From assembly GCA_963842885.1 (NCBI GenBank), contig CAWJIE010000003.1, positions 420,253 to 484,252 on the forward strand: a stretch of DNA of 64,000 nucleotides, given 5' to 3'. A program made the position numbers and the translations under genes. Of the stretch, positions 9,954 to 17,199 are shown in pieces (the first letter of the stretch is position 1; every line of letters starts with the position of its first letter). The notes below the pieces were generated by a model, which saw only the letters and a list, made by a program, of their open reading frames with translations, was not told where the DNA came from and ran no database searches. The DNA comes from an uncultured Nitrososphaerota archaeon. Its GTDB lineage: Archaea; Thermoproteota; Nitrososphaeria; Conexivisphaerales; DTJL01.

Positions 9954-10619
9954 CTAGACCTTAAAGGCTTTTCCCAGTATGAAGAGCTCAGGACCAGTCG
10001 TAGAAGTCCCCACGATGGCAGCCCTGCTGTTGACCAAGACTCCGGATGCGACGAAAGGGACCCCGCCGTTGATGGAGCTGACGTCACAGTCGACATGGAG
10101 GGCTCCCTTAATCCACTTTAGGTCCTCCTCGCTGGCCCTGGGGTGCACCAGAGCTCCGCTGTTGGAAGCGGCGACGACGGCGCCCAGCTGATAGTAGCCG
10201 GCTATTCTCCCCTTCTCCACGGGGACGCCGAAGACCTCCTTGATCTGCTTGACCTCTGCGCCGGAGAACACATCGCCGACGGCCGCGCCGTAGTCGTTGA
10301 CTGCCACCAGGTTGCCGACGGAGGAGTAGAGTGAATCAAGACGCTCGACGTTGAGGCCCGTCTCCCTCTTCAGCATGATGATCTCGTCATCTTCGGCGAA
10401 CCTCGAAAGGAGGAGGCCGTTGCTGTTGGCCGCCATCAGCGGTCCCAGTAAGCGGGTGCCGCCGACGCTGGCGTGCAGGAGCTTGACTCCGAGAAGAGAG
10501 GCCAGCCTCTCCGACTTCAGCTCGGAGTAGGCGACGGGCATGATGAGGATCTTCTCGTTGGCCTTAGAGAAGATGCCTAGGTTGGGGTTCCTGTAGACAT
10601 CGGAAAGATAGACACCCAA
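9954..10619 (-). CDS. eif6: Translation initiation factor 6 (aIF6)
   Basis: 221 aa with the pentameric repeat pattern of eIF6 (NPNLGIF..AN, GTRLLGPLMAANSNGLLL, VGNLVAVNDYGAVV, GAVVAASNSGALVH, GVLVNSRAAIVG). Confidence 0.9.
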   Translation of the reverse strand: MGVYLSDVYRNPNLGIFSKANEKILIMPVAYSELKSERLASLLGVKLLHASVGGTRLLGPLMAANSNGLLLSRFAEDDEIIMLKRETGLNVERLDSLYSSVGNLVAVNDYGAAVGDVFSGAEVKQIKEVFGVPVEKGRIAGYYQLGAVVAASNSGALVHPRASEEDLKWIKGALHVDCDVSSINGGVPFVASGVLVNSRAAIVGTSTTGPELFILGKAFKV

Positions 10620-10835
10620 ACGCTAGGGACCGCCCAGACTAGAGGTAGCTTTCGTCGTCAATGGCCAGAGCTGCCGGCGAGAGTTATTTTAACGTTGACG
10701 TTGATGGTGCTGAGCCTACGCATCCACGGCGAATGACTGGAACCTCCCCCTGAAGGGCCGCAGCCCCAAGCGACAATCCAAGCTAGCGCTGGACCTTCGC
10801 GAATCAGAACGTTTTGAACGATGGACCTATTCCTT

Positions 10836-11258
10836 CTAGGCTTCGGCGGGCTGTTCCGCCTCGGCTACGGCCTTCTCCTCCGGCTTCTCTTCAAGCGCCG
10901 GGGGCTTCGTCGCCTCAACCTTGGGCTCCTCCTTCTTCTCCTCCTTTGCTTCCTTCTTCGCTTCCTTCTCCTCCTCTTCCTCTTTCTCGTCGGGGAGCTT
11001 CACGGTGACTACGCCCTCGGCGTCCTTGGTGACCTTGACGGAGATTCTCGGCAGCCTTGACCTCTTGCCTTCAGTCCAAAGCTGCTCGTTGAGCTTCTGG
11101 CTGATCTTCACTTCGTCCTCCTCGACCTTCATGTGGTGGGCGACTTGCTCCTTCAGCACGTTTACGATTCGGTCGGTGCGCCTATACCTCGGCGTGGGCT
11201 TGGCGCGCGAAAGTGAAATCGTCATCAGTTTCTCAGCCGTCTCTTCGGCTTCAGACAA
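10836..11258 (-). CDS. rpl31e: 50S ribosomal protein eL31 with a roughly 50-aa Lys/Glu-rich C-terminal extension
   Basis: The N-terminal 90 aa match eL31 (TISLSRA..TPRYRRTDRIVNVLKEQVAHHMK...KISQKLNEQLWTEGKRSRLPRISVKV). The tail is EKEEEEEKEAKKEAKEEKKEEPK... Confidence 0.85.
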   Translation of the reverse strand: MSEAEETAEKLMTISLSRAKPTPRYRRTDRIVNVLKEQVAHHMKVEEDEVKISQKLNEQLWTEGKRSRLPRISVKVTKDAEGVVTVKLPDEKEEEEEKEAKKEAKEEKKEEPKVEATKPPALEEKPEEKAVAEAEQPAEA

Positions 11259-11271
11259 TGCTCAGTTCCCT

Positions 11272-11427
11272 CTAAATCTTCAGCTTGCGAGAACGCCAAT
11301 TCCTCTGCTTGGGGTTGCGAGAAACCTTCCTGTTAGTCTTTACGACTACCCATGTGGGGGCACTCGAGTTCTGATTAAGGGCCTTCATGAGACGTTTCTT
11401 CTCCCCAGAAGTCTTGTGGCTGCTCAT
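11272..11427 (-). CDS. rpl39e: 50S ribosomal protein eL39
   Basis: Translated by hand; it is below the ORF-track size cut-off. Product: [51 protein letters not shown]. This is the typical eL39 sequence, at the conserved position next to L31e. Confidence 0.85.
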   Translation of the reverse strand: MSSHKTSGEKKRLMKALNQNSSAPTWVVVKTNRKVSRNPKQRNWRSRKLKI

Positions 11428-11444
11428 CCTTCGTCCTCATTCCT

Positions 11445-11741
11445 CTAAATATACCTGATTTTAAACTCTCTTCTAGGCTCGTCGAACCGGCCTAGCATAT
11501 CCTTGAGCTCCTCGTCGGTGACGGGATGGCCCATCTTGCCGGCGGCCCCCAACTTGATAATCTGGTCCTCTATTGCCCCCGCCAAGTCGGGCTTTACCAG
11601 CTTCACGTTGTTAAGCCTGGACCTGGCCTCGGGGGTGAAGAACATTCGTAGGTACTGCTCCTTGAGCTTGGCCCTCTTCAGCTCTTCCTCTTCATCCTTG
11701 GAGTCGCCGCGTTGTGGCTTAGACATTCGTCCGACCTCCAT
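11445..11741 (-). CDS. PDCD5/TFAR19-like DNA-binding protein
   Basis: 98 aa. The segment LKEQYLRMFFTPEARSRLNNVKLVKPDLAGAIEDQIIKL matches the archaeal PDCD5 homolog family. It has the conserved neighbours S19e and L39e. Confidence 0.8.
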   Translation of the reverse strand: MEVGRMSKPQRGDSKDEEEELKRAKLKEQYLRMFFTPEARSRLNNVKLVKPDLAGAIEDQIIKLGAAGKMGHPVTDEELKDMLGRFDEPRREFKIRYI

Positions 11742-11763
11742 CGCTCCCGTCTGGGGAACTTGT

Positions 11764-12219
11764 TTAAGAAACTATCTTGCCAAGTTCCTTGTTGTCCTTG
11801 GCCATTTCCTTGAAGACCTCGGTGCTGAGCTTGTCGAGGAGCCTCCTTCCTTCGGCAGAAACGACGCGTCCTTTGGTCGTCTTCTGCAGGAAACCCGCGG
11901 CCTGGAGTTGGGCGATTACCTTCCTTATGCTGGAGCTTCCGGCATCCCTGTGATGGGCGAGGGTGTAGCCAACGGCAGTCAGGCCGCCGTATTCGGTCCT
12001 AAGATCGCTTACGCCGATGGGGCCATGGAGGTAGAGCTTCCTAAGAACTGAAGCGGCTCTGAAGTACCACCAATCCTTGTTCTGGGGGGGTCTTTCGGCC
12101 TGGGAGCCGGTCTTGACGTATGCGGCCCAGACGGGTGGCTGCACCTGGGACACCCGCTTGAGGTGGTCGGCCAGCTTCTCGATTAGCCTGTTCGCGGGGA
12201 CGTCGTAAACTGTTGGCAA
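11764..12219 (-). CDS. rps19e: 30S ribosomal protein eS19
   Basis: 151 aa. MPTVYDVPANRLIEKLADHLK...PPVWAAYVKTGSQAERPP...WWYFRAASVLRKLY is typical of eS19. Confidence 0.9.
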   Translation of the reverse strand: MPTVYDVPANRLIEKLADHLKRVSQVQPPVWAAYVKTGSQAERPPQNKDWWYFRAASVLRKLYLHGPIGVSDLRTEYGGLTAVGYTLAHHRDAGSSSIRKVIAQLQAAGFLQKTTKGRVVSAEGRRLLDKLSTEVFKEMAKDNKELGKIVS

Positions 12220-12366
12220 ATCTACTCGTCCTCATAGTCGCCCTCAGAGACGTATTTTAAAGTTTGGCGGGCCTCTTCCTCCGCAGCCAGAGCGAATGCG
12301 GAAGTGCGGGCTTGGGAAACCTCAAGATGTCGATTCCAACTAGTTTCGTTGAGGCGAATCTCGGCG

Positions 12367-12635
12367 GTGTCTCAGACGAAGGGTGTCTCGACTCTGCAGA
12401 TGGGCAACCTTCTGGCATTCCTTACTGTGGTGGTCGTCAACGCCTTGGCAGCCGCGCGCTGGTCGCCAAGAGAGACCTGGCCTATGGTTTGGTGATCGCA
12501 TGGGCGCTAGCAGGGATAGCCGCGAATCAGGGAGGGCACCCCGAAGTGGCCTCCCTAGCGCAAGCGGGCGCGCCGGCCATCGCGATGGCAATCCTCTTGC
12601 TGGGGCTTGTAGGGGCAATGAAGCGTATGAAATGA
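12367..12635 (+). pseudogene. Internally deleted, out-of-frame remnant of a paralog of the membrane protein gene at 21189..21977
   Basis: One frame gives VSQTKGVSTLQMGNLLAFLTVVVVNALAAA (compare MSLKRGVSALQMGNALAFVAVVVVNALAGG at 21189). About 12451-12465 it joins in another frame to KRDLAYGLVIAWALAGIAANQGGHPEVASL... (compare RRDIAYGLVVVWALAGITANQGGHPQVALA near 21795). The roughly 170 central codons are missing. Confidence 0.6.
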
Positions 12636-12651
12636 TGGCGGAAGGAAGGAG

Positions 12652-12961
12652 CTACTTCCTCTTTCGAGAGGGCAACGGAAGCAGCTTCTTGCGGTAAACG
12701 CCCCCACACCTGGAGCATCTGATGACGAGCCAGCCATTGCGGACCCTTATGGTGGAGTACTTTGGCGGAGGTGAAAACTCCTTGCACTTCTTGCAAAAGA
12801 AGAGCTTCAGCTCGTAAGGGGAACGGACGCGGGAGCGCAGCCTCAGCCTCTTGGCATTGAGGGCCTGCTTCTCTGCCATCTTGGGGTCGCTTTCCAGGGA
12901 GCGGGCTGCGGCGTAACGTCCACTTCTCCACTTCCCGCCTGATGGTGGCCTTATCCGGCAA
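12652..12961 (-). CDS. rnp4: RNase P protein component 4 (Rpp21/Rpr2), frame-disrupted near 12905-12913
   Basis: ORF 12652..12879 carries the Zn-ribbon half (FFCKKCKEF...VIRCSRCGGVYR). The expected N-terminal helix (LPDKATIRREVEKWTLR) is in another frame upstream, from a TTG at 12961. The coding strand reads tta cgc c gca gcc. Span length is 3n+1. Confidence 0.65.
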
Positions 12962-12980
12962 GCCCTCTTCGTCGCAACGT

Positions 12981-13001
12981 AGAATAACCGCCGATATAAA
13001 A
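12981..13001. promoter_or_regulatory. AT-rich divergent promoter region (TATA-like boxes) between rnp4 and nep1
   Basis: The sequence agaataaccgccgatataaaa is the only AT-rich stretch between the two divergent starts. TTTATATC on the minus strand lies about 30 nt from the rnp4 TTG. AGAATAAC on the plus strand lies about 25 nt from the nep1 ATG. Confidence 0.4.
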
Positions 13002-13010
13002 CATGGCTGA

Positions 13011-13694
13011 ATGGCGGAGAGAAGCTTCATCCTCGTCTTGGCTGAGACGGCCCTCGAGACGATACCGGAGGAGCTGAAGAAGCATCCGGCTGTGAAGGCC
13101 GACGTGGAGAAGAGGGGGAAGCCGGCAGGGGAGATACTCCTCGACAGGAGCCTCCATCATGCCGCGATGCTGAAGCTGAAGGACGGGGAATCGAGAGGGA
13201 GGCCGGACATAGCCTACCACGTGCTCCTGGACGTCACGTCGTCTCCCATCTACAGGGCCGGGATGCTCGACCTCTACATGCACACAAGGGGCGACTTGGT
13301 GCTGAGCTTCTCGAAAGGGCTGAGGCCGCCGCGGTCCTACGATCGCTTCAGGAGCCTGATGGAGCAGCTCCTCAAGGAGGGAAGGGTCGGAGGGGAGGCT
13401 GACCTGATCACCGCCGGGAAGGGCTCTTTCAAGGAGGTCTTCAGGGAGGCCAGGCCCTCCGCGGTCGTCGGCCTCTCCAAGCTTGGGAAACGCATGACCC
13501 TCCCCGATGCCGTGTCTTCCGCCCGCGGGGCCAGACCATGCTTCGTGGTCGGGGGGTTCCCCTCGGGCCACTTCAGCGAGGAGATTGAGAGGACGTTCGA
13601 CTCCCTGGTTTCGATAAGCCCGCAGGGGCTGGACGCCAGCCTCGTGGTCTGCCGGCTTGTCTACGAGATGGAGAGGGCCCTCGGCCTCGAATAA
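13011..13694 (+). CDS. nep1: 16S rRNA pseudouridine N1-methyltransferase Nep1 (EMG1 family)
   Basis: 227 aa. FILVLAETALETIPEE...LLDRSLHHAAM...RGRPDIAYHVLLDV..SP....G.L.LYMHT...PPRSYDRFRSLMEQLL is the Nep1 SPOUT pattern. Confidence 0.85.
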   Translation: MAERSFILVLAETALETIPEELKKHPAVKADVEKRGKPAGEILLDRSLHHAAMLKLKDGESRGRPDIAYHVLLDVTSSPIYRAGMLDLYMHTRGDLVLSFSKGLRPPRSYDRFRSLMEQLLKEGRVGGEADLITAGKGSFKEVFREARPSAVVGLSKLGKRMTLPDAVSSARGARPCFVVGGFPSGHFSEEIERTFDSLVSISPQGLDASLVVCRLVYEMERALGLE

Positions 13695-13697
13695 CGC

Positions 13698-13703
13698 TTA
13701 TAT
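13698..13703 (+). promoter_or_regulatory. TATA-like box upstream of the tRNA at 13733
   Basis: TTATAT lies about 30 nt upstream of the first tRNA base. Confidence 0.4.
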
Positions 13704-13732
13704 CCACAATGAAATCTGAAATTCGCTTTGTG

Positions 13733-13824
13733 CGACAGTCGTCCAGCCTGGTCTAGGACATCAGCCCTCCATGATGTGAATCGGGGAAAGCTGGTAACAC
13801 GGGTTCAAATCCCGTCTGTCGCAC
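13733..13824 (+). tRNA. Intron-containing tRNA. Splicing guided by the bulge-helix-bulge motif gives anticodon UCC (Gly) with an unusual C33. A Trp(CCA) reading is possible only with a one-base register change.
   Basis: Hand-folded cloverleaf:
- acceptor GCGACAG / CUGUCGC, discriminator A
- D arm GUCC-AGCCUGGUCUA-GGAC
- anticodon stem UCAGC / GCUGG
- T arm ACGGG-UUCAAAU-CCCGU
The 17-nt intron at 13773..13789 sits at the canonical 37/38 site in a clean bulge-helix-bulge. CCUC pairs with GGGG, the bulges are CAU and AAA, and an inner helix GAU/AUC is capped by a GUGA tetraloop. Confidence 0.8.
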
Positions 13825-13947
13825 CTTGATGCCCGAATTGATCTGTGTTGACAGCTGGAAGACCTTTTCAATTGATTTTTTCCCTCGGGCTATGTCCCGT
13901 CATTGACCGGCGAAAGCGTCTGCCTGGAGACGCCCGTATAGCTCCGG

Positions 13948-14095
13948 CTAAAGGAATTCGACGAAGCCTAGGTCGCGAAGGACCTTGAGCTGCTGCCTGA
14001 TCTTCGCCTTTATGTTGCGGTTGTCAGGATGAAGCCCTCAACGACGCTCCGAACTGATATATCTTGTCAAAGGTGAACTGGGCAAACAGTCGTAT
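13948..14095 (-). pseudogene. C-terminal fragment of a restriction-endonuclease-associated winged-helix domain (gene remnant)
   Basis: The minus strand reads ...FAQFTFDKIYQFGASLRA, then after a frame change HPDNRNIKAKIRQQLQVLRDLGFVEFL with a stop at 13948. The xNxxAKIRQQLQxLRDxGxxEF pattern is one I associate with C-terminal wHTH domains of type II restriction enzymes and Dam-replacing family proteins. No intact upstream ORF exists. Confidence 0.4.
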
Positions 14096-14127
14096 GTGCG
14101 TTGGCAAGGCACGTCCCGGGATCTGCA

Positions 14128-14242
14128 AGCGTTCTCTCGCGTTCCTATCACGTTCTACCCACGTTCTCTCCACGTTCCGTGGGCGTTCCACACTCAGTCC
14201 CATTCGTTCCTCGCCGTTCTACGACGTTCCCCACGTTCTTTT
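14128..14242 (+). repeat. Array of 11 direct-repeat slots phased at about 10.5 bp, core (A/G)CGTTC(C/T)
   Basis: CGTTC starts at 14130, 14140, 14151, 14162, 14173, 14184, 14205, 14215, 14225 and 14234. Spacings are 10, 11, 11, 11, 11, 21, 10, 10 and 9. The 21-bp gap holds a degenerate copy, CTCAGTCC. Confidence 0.85.
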
Positions 14243-14474
14243 GGCATGGCGGCAACCTTCCCTGCCATGTGCCTGCAGCGAGCTCATTAGAGGCCGAAAA
14301 CAGGCTAATGACGGACAGGAAGAAAGAACTGCAGATGCGGGGATCCAGCAACAGCCACTTGGTCGACTAGGCGTCGGAGAACGTCGTCTGTTCCCCGAAT
14401 CGCTATCCGACCCAGCGACCGACCCTCGACGGGGCTGCTGGCAATCGGGGACCTTGCAACACCTTCGCAGCAAT

Positions 14475-14486
14475 TATTTAAATATA
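14475..14486 (+). promoter_or_regulatory. TATA box upstream of the first TFB gene
   Basis: tatttaaatata ends about 20 nt before the ATG at 14506, and a second box (atttaaactta) follows. It is the strongest AT-rich element in this GC-rich intergenic region. Confidence 0.5.
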
Positions 14487-14505
14487 ACTCATTTAAACTT
14501 ATAGG

Positions 14506-15486
14506 ATGTCATATATTTCTTGGCGACCCATTTTGTCCTCTAGGAGAGAGCAGTTTCCCAGCGATCAGAACGCGCAGACGGAGCGCTGCCCACGTTGCGG
14601 CAGGCGGCCCATGGTCATCGACTCTGCCAAGGGGGAGATGGTCTGCAGCTACTGCGGATTCGTCGTCAAGGAACGCATCGAGGAGACGGGTCCGGAGTGG
14701 CGCGCCTTCTCCAAGGAGGAGAAGGATGACAGGAGCAGGGTGGGGATCCCCACTTCTCTCGCCATGCACGACTATGGCTTGGCCACGGTCATCGGTTCGG
14801 AGAACAGGGATGCCTCCGGTAAGAACCTGGCTGGCAGCGTCAGGTCGGCCATCGAGAGGCTCAGGACCTGGGACGGGAGGAGCCAGGTCCACGAACCTGT
14901 GGACAGGAACCTGCGCCAGGCCTTCAGCGAACTGGACAGGTTGGCCGACAAGCTGAGCATCTCCGACGTCGTCGTCGAAAGGTCTGCCTACATCTACAGG
15001 AAGGCTCTGGATAAGGGCCTCGTGAGGGGAAGGAGCATCGGTGCCCTCATCGCAGCGTCCACCTACGCCGCCTGCAGGGTGACGGAGACCCCGAGGACCT
15101 TGAAAGACGTTGCGGCTGCCAGCGGCATGAAGAAGAAGGACGTGGCCAGATGTTATCGGCTCCTCCTACGTGAGCTTGAGCTGAGGATGCCCGTGACGGA
15201 CCCCGTGAAATGTGTCTCCAGGATCGCCAGCAAGTCAGGCCTTACTGAGAGGACGCAGAGGCGCGCGGTGGGCATATTGAAGAGGGCCATCGAATCCAGG
15301 ACGAGCGCAGGAAAGGACCCCATGGGCCTGGCTGCGGCGGCCCTCTACGTAGCCTGCGTGCTTGAAGGCGAGAACAAGACTCAGAAGGACATCGCCGAGG
15401 CTGCGGCTGTCACGGAAGTCACCATTAGGAATAGATACAAGGGGCTGAAGATGGCGTTGAAGATACAAGAGCCGGCGAAGGCATAG
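14506..15486 (+). CDS. tfb: Transcription initiation factor TFB (TFIIB homolog), copy 1
   Basis: 326 aa. It has an N-terminal Zn ribbon (CPRCGRRPMVIDSAKGEMVCSYCGFV), a B-reader/linker (GPEWRAFSKEE) and two cyclin-fold repeats (AYIYRKALDKGLVRGRSI...; AAAALYVACVLEGENKTQKDIAEAAAVTEVTIRNRYK). Confidence 0.9.
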   Translation: MSYISWRPILSSRREQFPSDQNAQTERCPRCGRRPMVIDSAKGEMVCSYCGFVVKERIEETGPEWRAFSKEEKDDRSRVGIPTSLAMHDYGLATVIGSENRDASGKNLAGSVRSAIERLRTWDGRSQVHEPVDRNLRQAFSELDRLADKLSISDVVVERSAYIYRKALDKGLVRGRSIGALIAASTYAACRVTETPRTLKDVAAASGMKKKDVARCYRLLLRELELRMPVTDPVKCVSRIASKSGLTERTQRRAVGILKRAIESRTSAGKDPMGLAAAALYVACVLEGENKTQKDIAEAAAVTEVTIRNRYKGLKMALKIQEPAKA

Positions 15487-15511
15487 GGGTCGATCATGCC
15501 GCACGGCGACC

Positions 15512-15516
15512 TTTTT
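15512..15516 (+). terminator. Oligo-T tract after TFB copy 1 (possible archaeal terminator)
   Basis: A TTTTT run lies about 25 nt downstream of the stop codon at 15486. Confidence 0.3.
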
Positions 15517-15942
15517 CACAGCTTCGAGCGGTGATGTCCCCCAAGCGAATCAACGGGATTGGCTCGAGTCTAGATGAGACGGCCTAGCGGGGAGGCCCTA
15601 GGAACATAGGAATTGATTCGTCCTTAGAGCCAGGGATCTCCGAGAATCAAGTAGGACAGCAACCCCTATTAGCCCCGTCTTTCGGTCTAGAGTGTGGAAG
15701 AAACCGTACCCTCATGCTCCAGGCACAACATACGCATGAGACGGTCGGGTAAGGGCTTCGAATGCCCGGTTTGTGTTCAGATAGACGAACAGCAGCGAAT
15801 GTCCAGAAGCCGAAGAAGACGATAGACTACGTCCAACCTTTTGTCGGACTTTGGTCCAGCTTGGGCTCCGAGACCGGGAGGTCTGCAGGAACCCGTCGTC
15901 AGGTCGCACTACAAGAGCGAGTTCACGCGGTGAGCTGTCCAA

Positions 15943-16881
15943 TTGATTCATTCGACGGCATCCCGAAGATGCCCGAGATGTTCGGCCCAGACCTCCGTCT
16001 TCGATTCGACCAGCGGAGAGTACGTCTGTAACAGCTGTGGGTTCGTCCTTGAGGACAGGGCCCAGGAATCAGGCGTCGGATGGAGGGCCTTCTCCCCAGA
16101 AGAGAAGGACGCGTTGAGCCACACGGGAGCTCCTGAGTCGCTCTCCAGGCACGATATGGGGCTGTCTACCGTGATAGGGAACGAATACAAGGACGCCGGA
16201 GGCGCCAGGCTTTCGTCGGCGGCGAGGAACGCAGCGCAGAGGATGCGCACGTGGGACAACCGCAGCGTATACCGGAAGCCTAAGGACAAGAACCTGATGA
16301 TTGCCTTGAGCGAACTCTCTAGGTTGGTGGAGAAACTCAATGTGGGCCCAAACGTTGCAGAGCGTGCTGCCTACATCTATCGAAAGGCCCTTGAGATGAA
16401 TCTCGTCAGGGGGAGGACGATAACAGGGATGGTCTCCGCTTCTCTCTATGAAGCCTGCCGCAGCACTTCGACTCCCAGGAATCTGAAAGACGTCGCTGGC
16501 GTCAGCGACATGAAGAGGACGGACCTGGCCAGGTGCTATCGCCTCCTGTTGAGAGAGCTCAACCTGGCGATGCCCGTGGTGGACCCGTCAAGATGTGTCA
16601 CACGCATCGCTAGCAAGGCTGGGATGTCCGAAAGGAACCAGAGGAAGGCGCTCGAGATCCTTGCCGCCGTAAAGGATTCGAGGGGGATGTCCGGGAAGGA
16701 CCCCATGGGGCTCGCGGCTTCCGCCCTCTACCTTGCAAATACCATGATCGAAGACGAGACTCATGTGACCCAGAGGGACGTAGCCGAGGCTGCGGGCGTG
16801 ACCGAGGTGACGATAAGGAACAGGAGCAAGGGCATGCTTGAGATCATGGGCGATTTGGGCCTGAGCGCGACAGACGCATAG
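15943..16881 (+). CDS. tfb: Transcription initiation factor TFB (TFIIB homolog), copy 2
   Basis: 312 aa with the same architecture as copy 1 (CPRCSAQTSVFDSTSGEYVCNSCGFV; GVGWRAFSPEEKD; AAYIYRKALEMNLVRGRTI; VTEVTIRNRSK). The start (TTG at 15943) is uncertain. Confidence 0.88.
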   Translation: MIHSTASRRCPRCSAQTSVFDSTSGEYVCNSCGFVLEDRAQESGVGWRAFSPEEKDALSHTGAPESLSRHDMGLSTVIGNEYKDAGGARLSSAARNAAQRMRTWDNRSVYRKPKDKNLMIALSELSRLVEKLNVGPNVAERAAYIYRKALEMNLVRGRTITGMVSASLYEACRSTSTPRNLKDVAGVSDMKRTDLARCYRLLLRELNLAMPVVDPSRCVTRIASKAGMSERNQRKALEILAAVKDSRGMSGKDPMGLAASALYLANTMIEDETHVTQRDVAEAAGVTEVTIRNRSKGMLEIMGDLGLSATDA

Positions 16882-17199
16882 GGATCGACAACACAATCAA
16901 GGCCGGCTCGTCCTGACTGTTGCCCCCCGTCGAACGATCATCGCCTGACAGAGCTCTCCTGTGTCGGCGCGGAGTTGTCTTCGCGGCGACCATTCAAATC
17001 GAGAGACCGCCTTCACTAGACCCAGACAGGCTTGCAACACCCTAAGTCAGCCGTTTGGTTTTTCGGACCATAGACACGGCTAGGAGATGATGGTTGATGG
17101 CGGAACAAAAAACCCCTCCGCCCATTCTCGTGGTCGATTTACGTCCATTCTAGACCCGTGGAGAGGATTTCGCCCCTCCCGCATCTACCTGTACGTAAT

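Noticed and set aside
10620-10835. 216-nt gap between aIF6 and eL31, examined for a missing small ribosomal protein gene (for example LX) or an sRNA.
   Set aside because: No ORF with ribosomal-protein character and no convincing RNA motif was found. The gap contains a TATA-like TTAAAATAA on the minus strand and is most simply the aIF6 promoter region.
14128-14242. Possibility that the repeat arrays at 14.1 kb or 38.96 kb are CRISPR arrays.
   Set aside because: The repeat unit is only 5-7 nt with a 9-12 nt period. There are no spacers of 30-40 nt, no leader and no cas genes.
14064-14504. ORFs 14064..14504, 14096..14290 and 14101..14370, which run through the CGTTC repeat array.
   Set aside because: The peptide sequence is a by-product of the 10-11 bp DNA repeat (repetitive RS/VP/F strings in all three frames). 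There is no start context or motif, so the region is treated as non-coding repeat.
15753-15767. tRNA T-arm-like hairpin GGGCTTCGAATGCCC between the two TFB genes (possible tRNA or att fragment).
   Set aside because: Flanking sequence cannot be folded into acceptor, D or anticodon arms, and the candidate acceptor strands CACAACA and GTTTGTG do not pair. It is only a 4-bp stem with a TTCGAAT loop.
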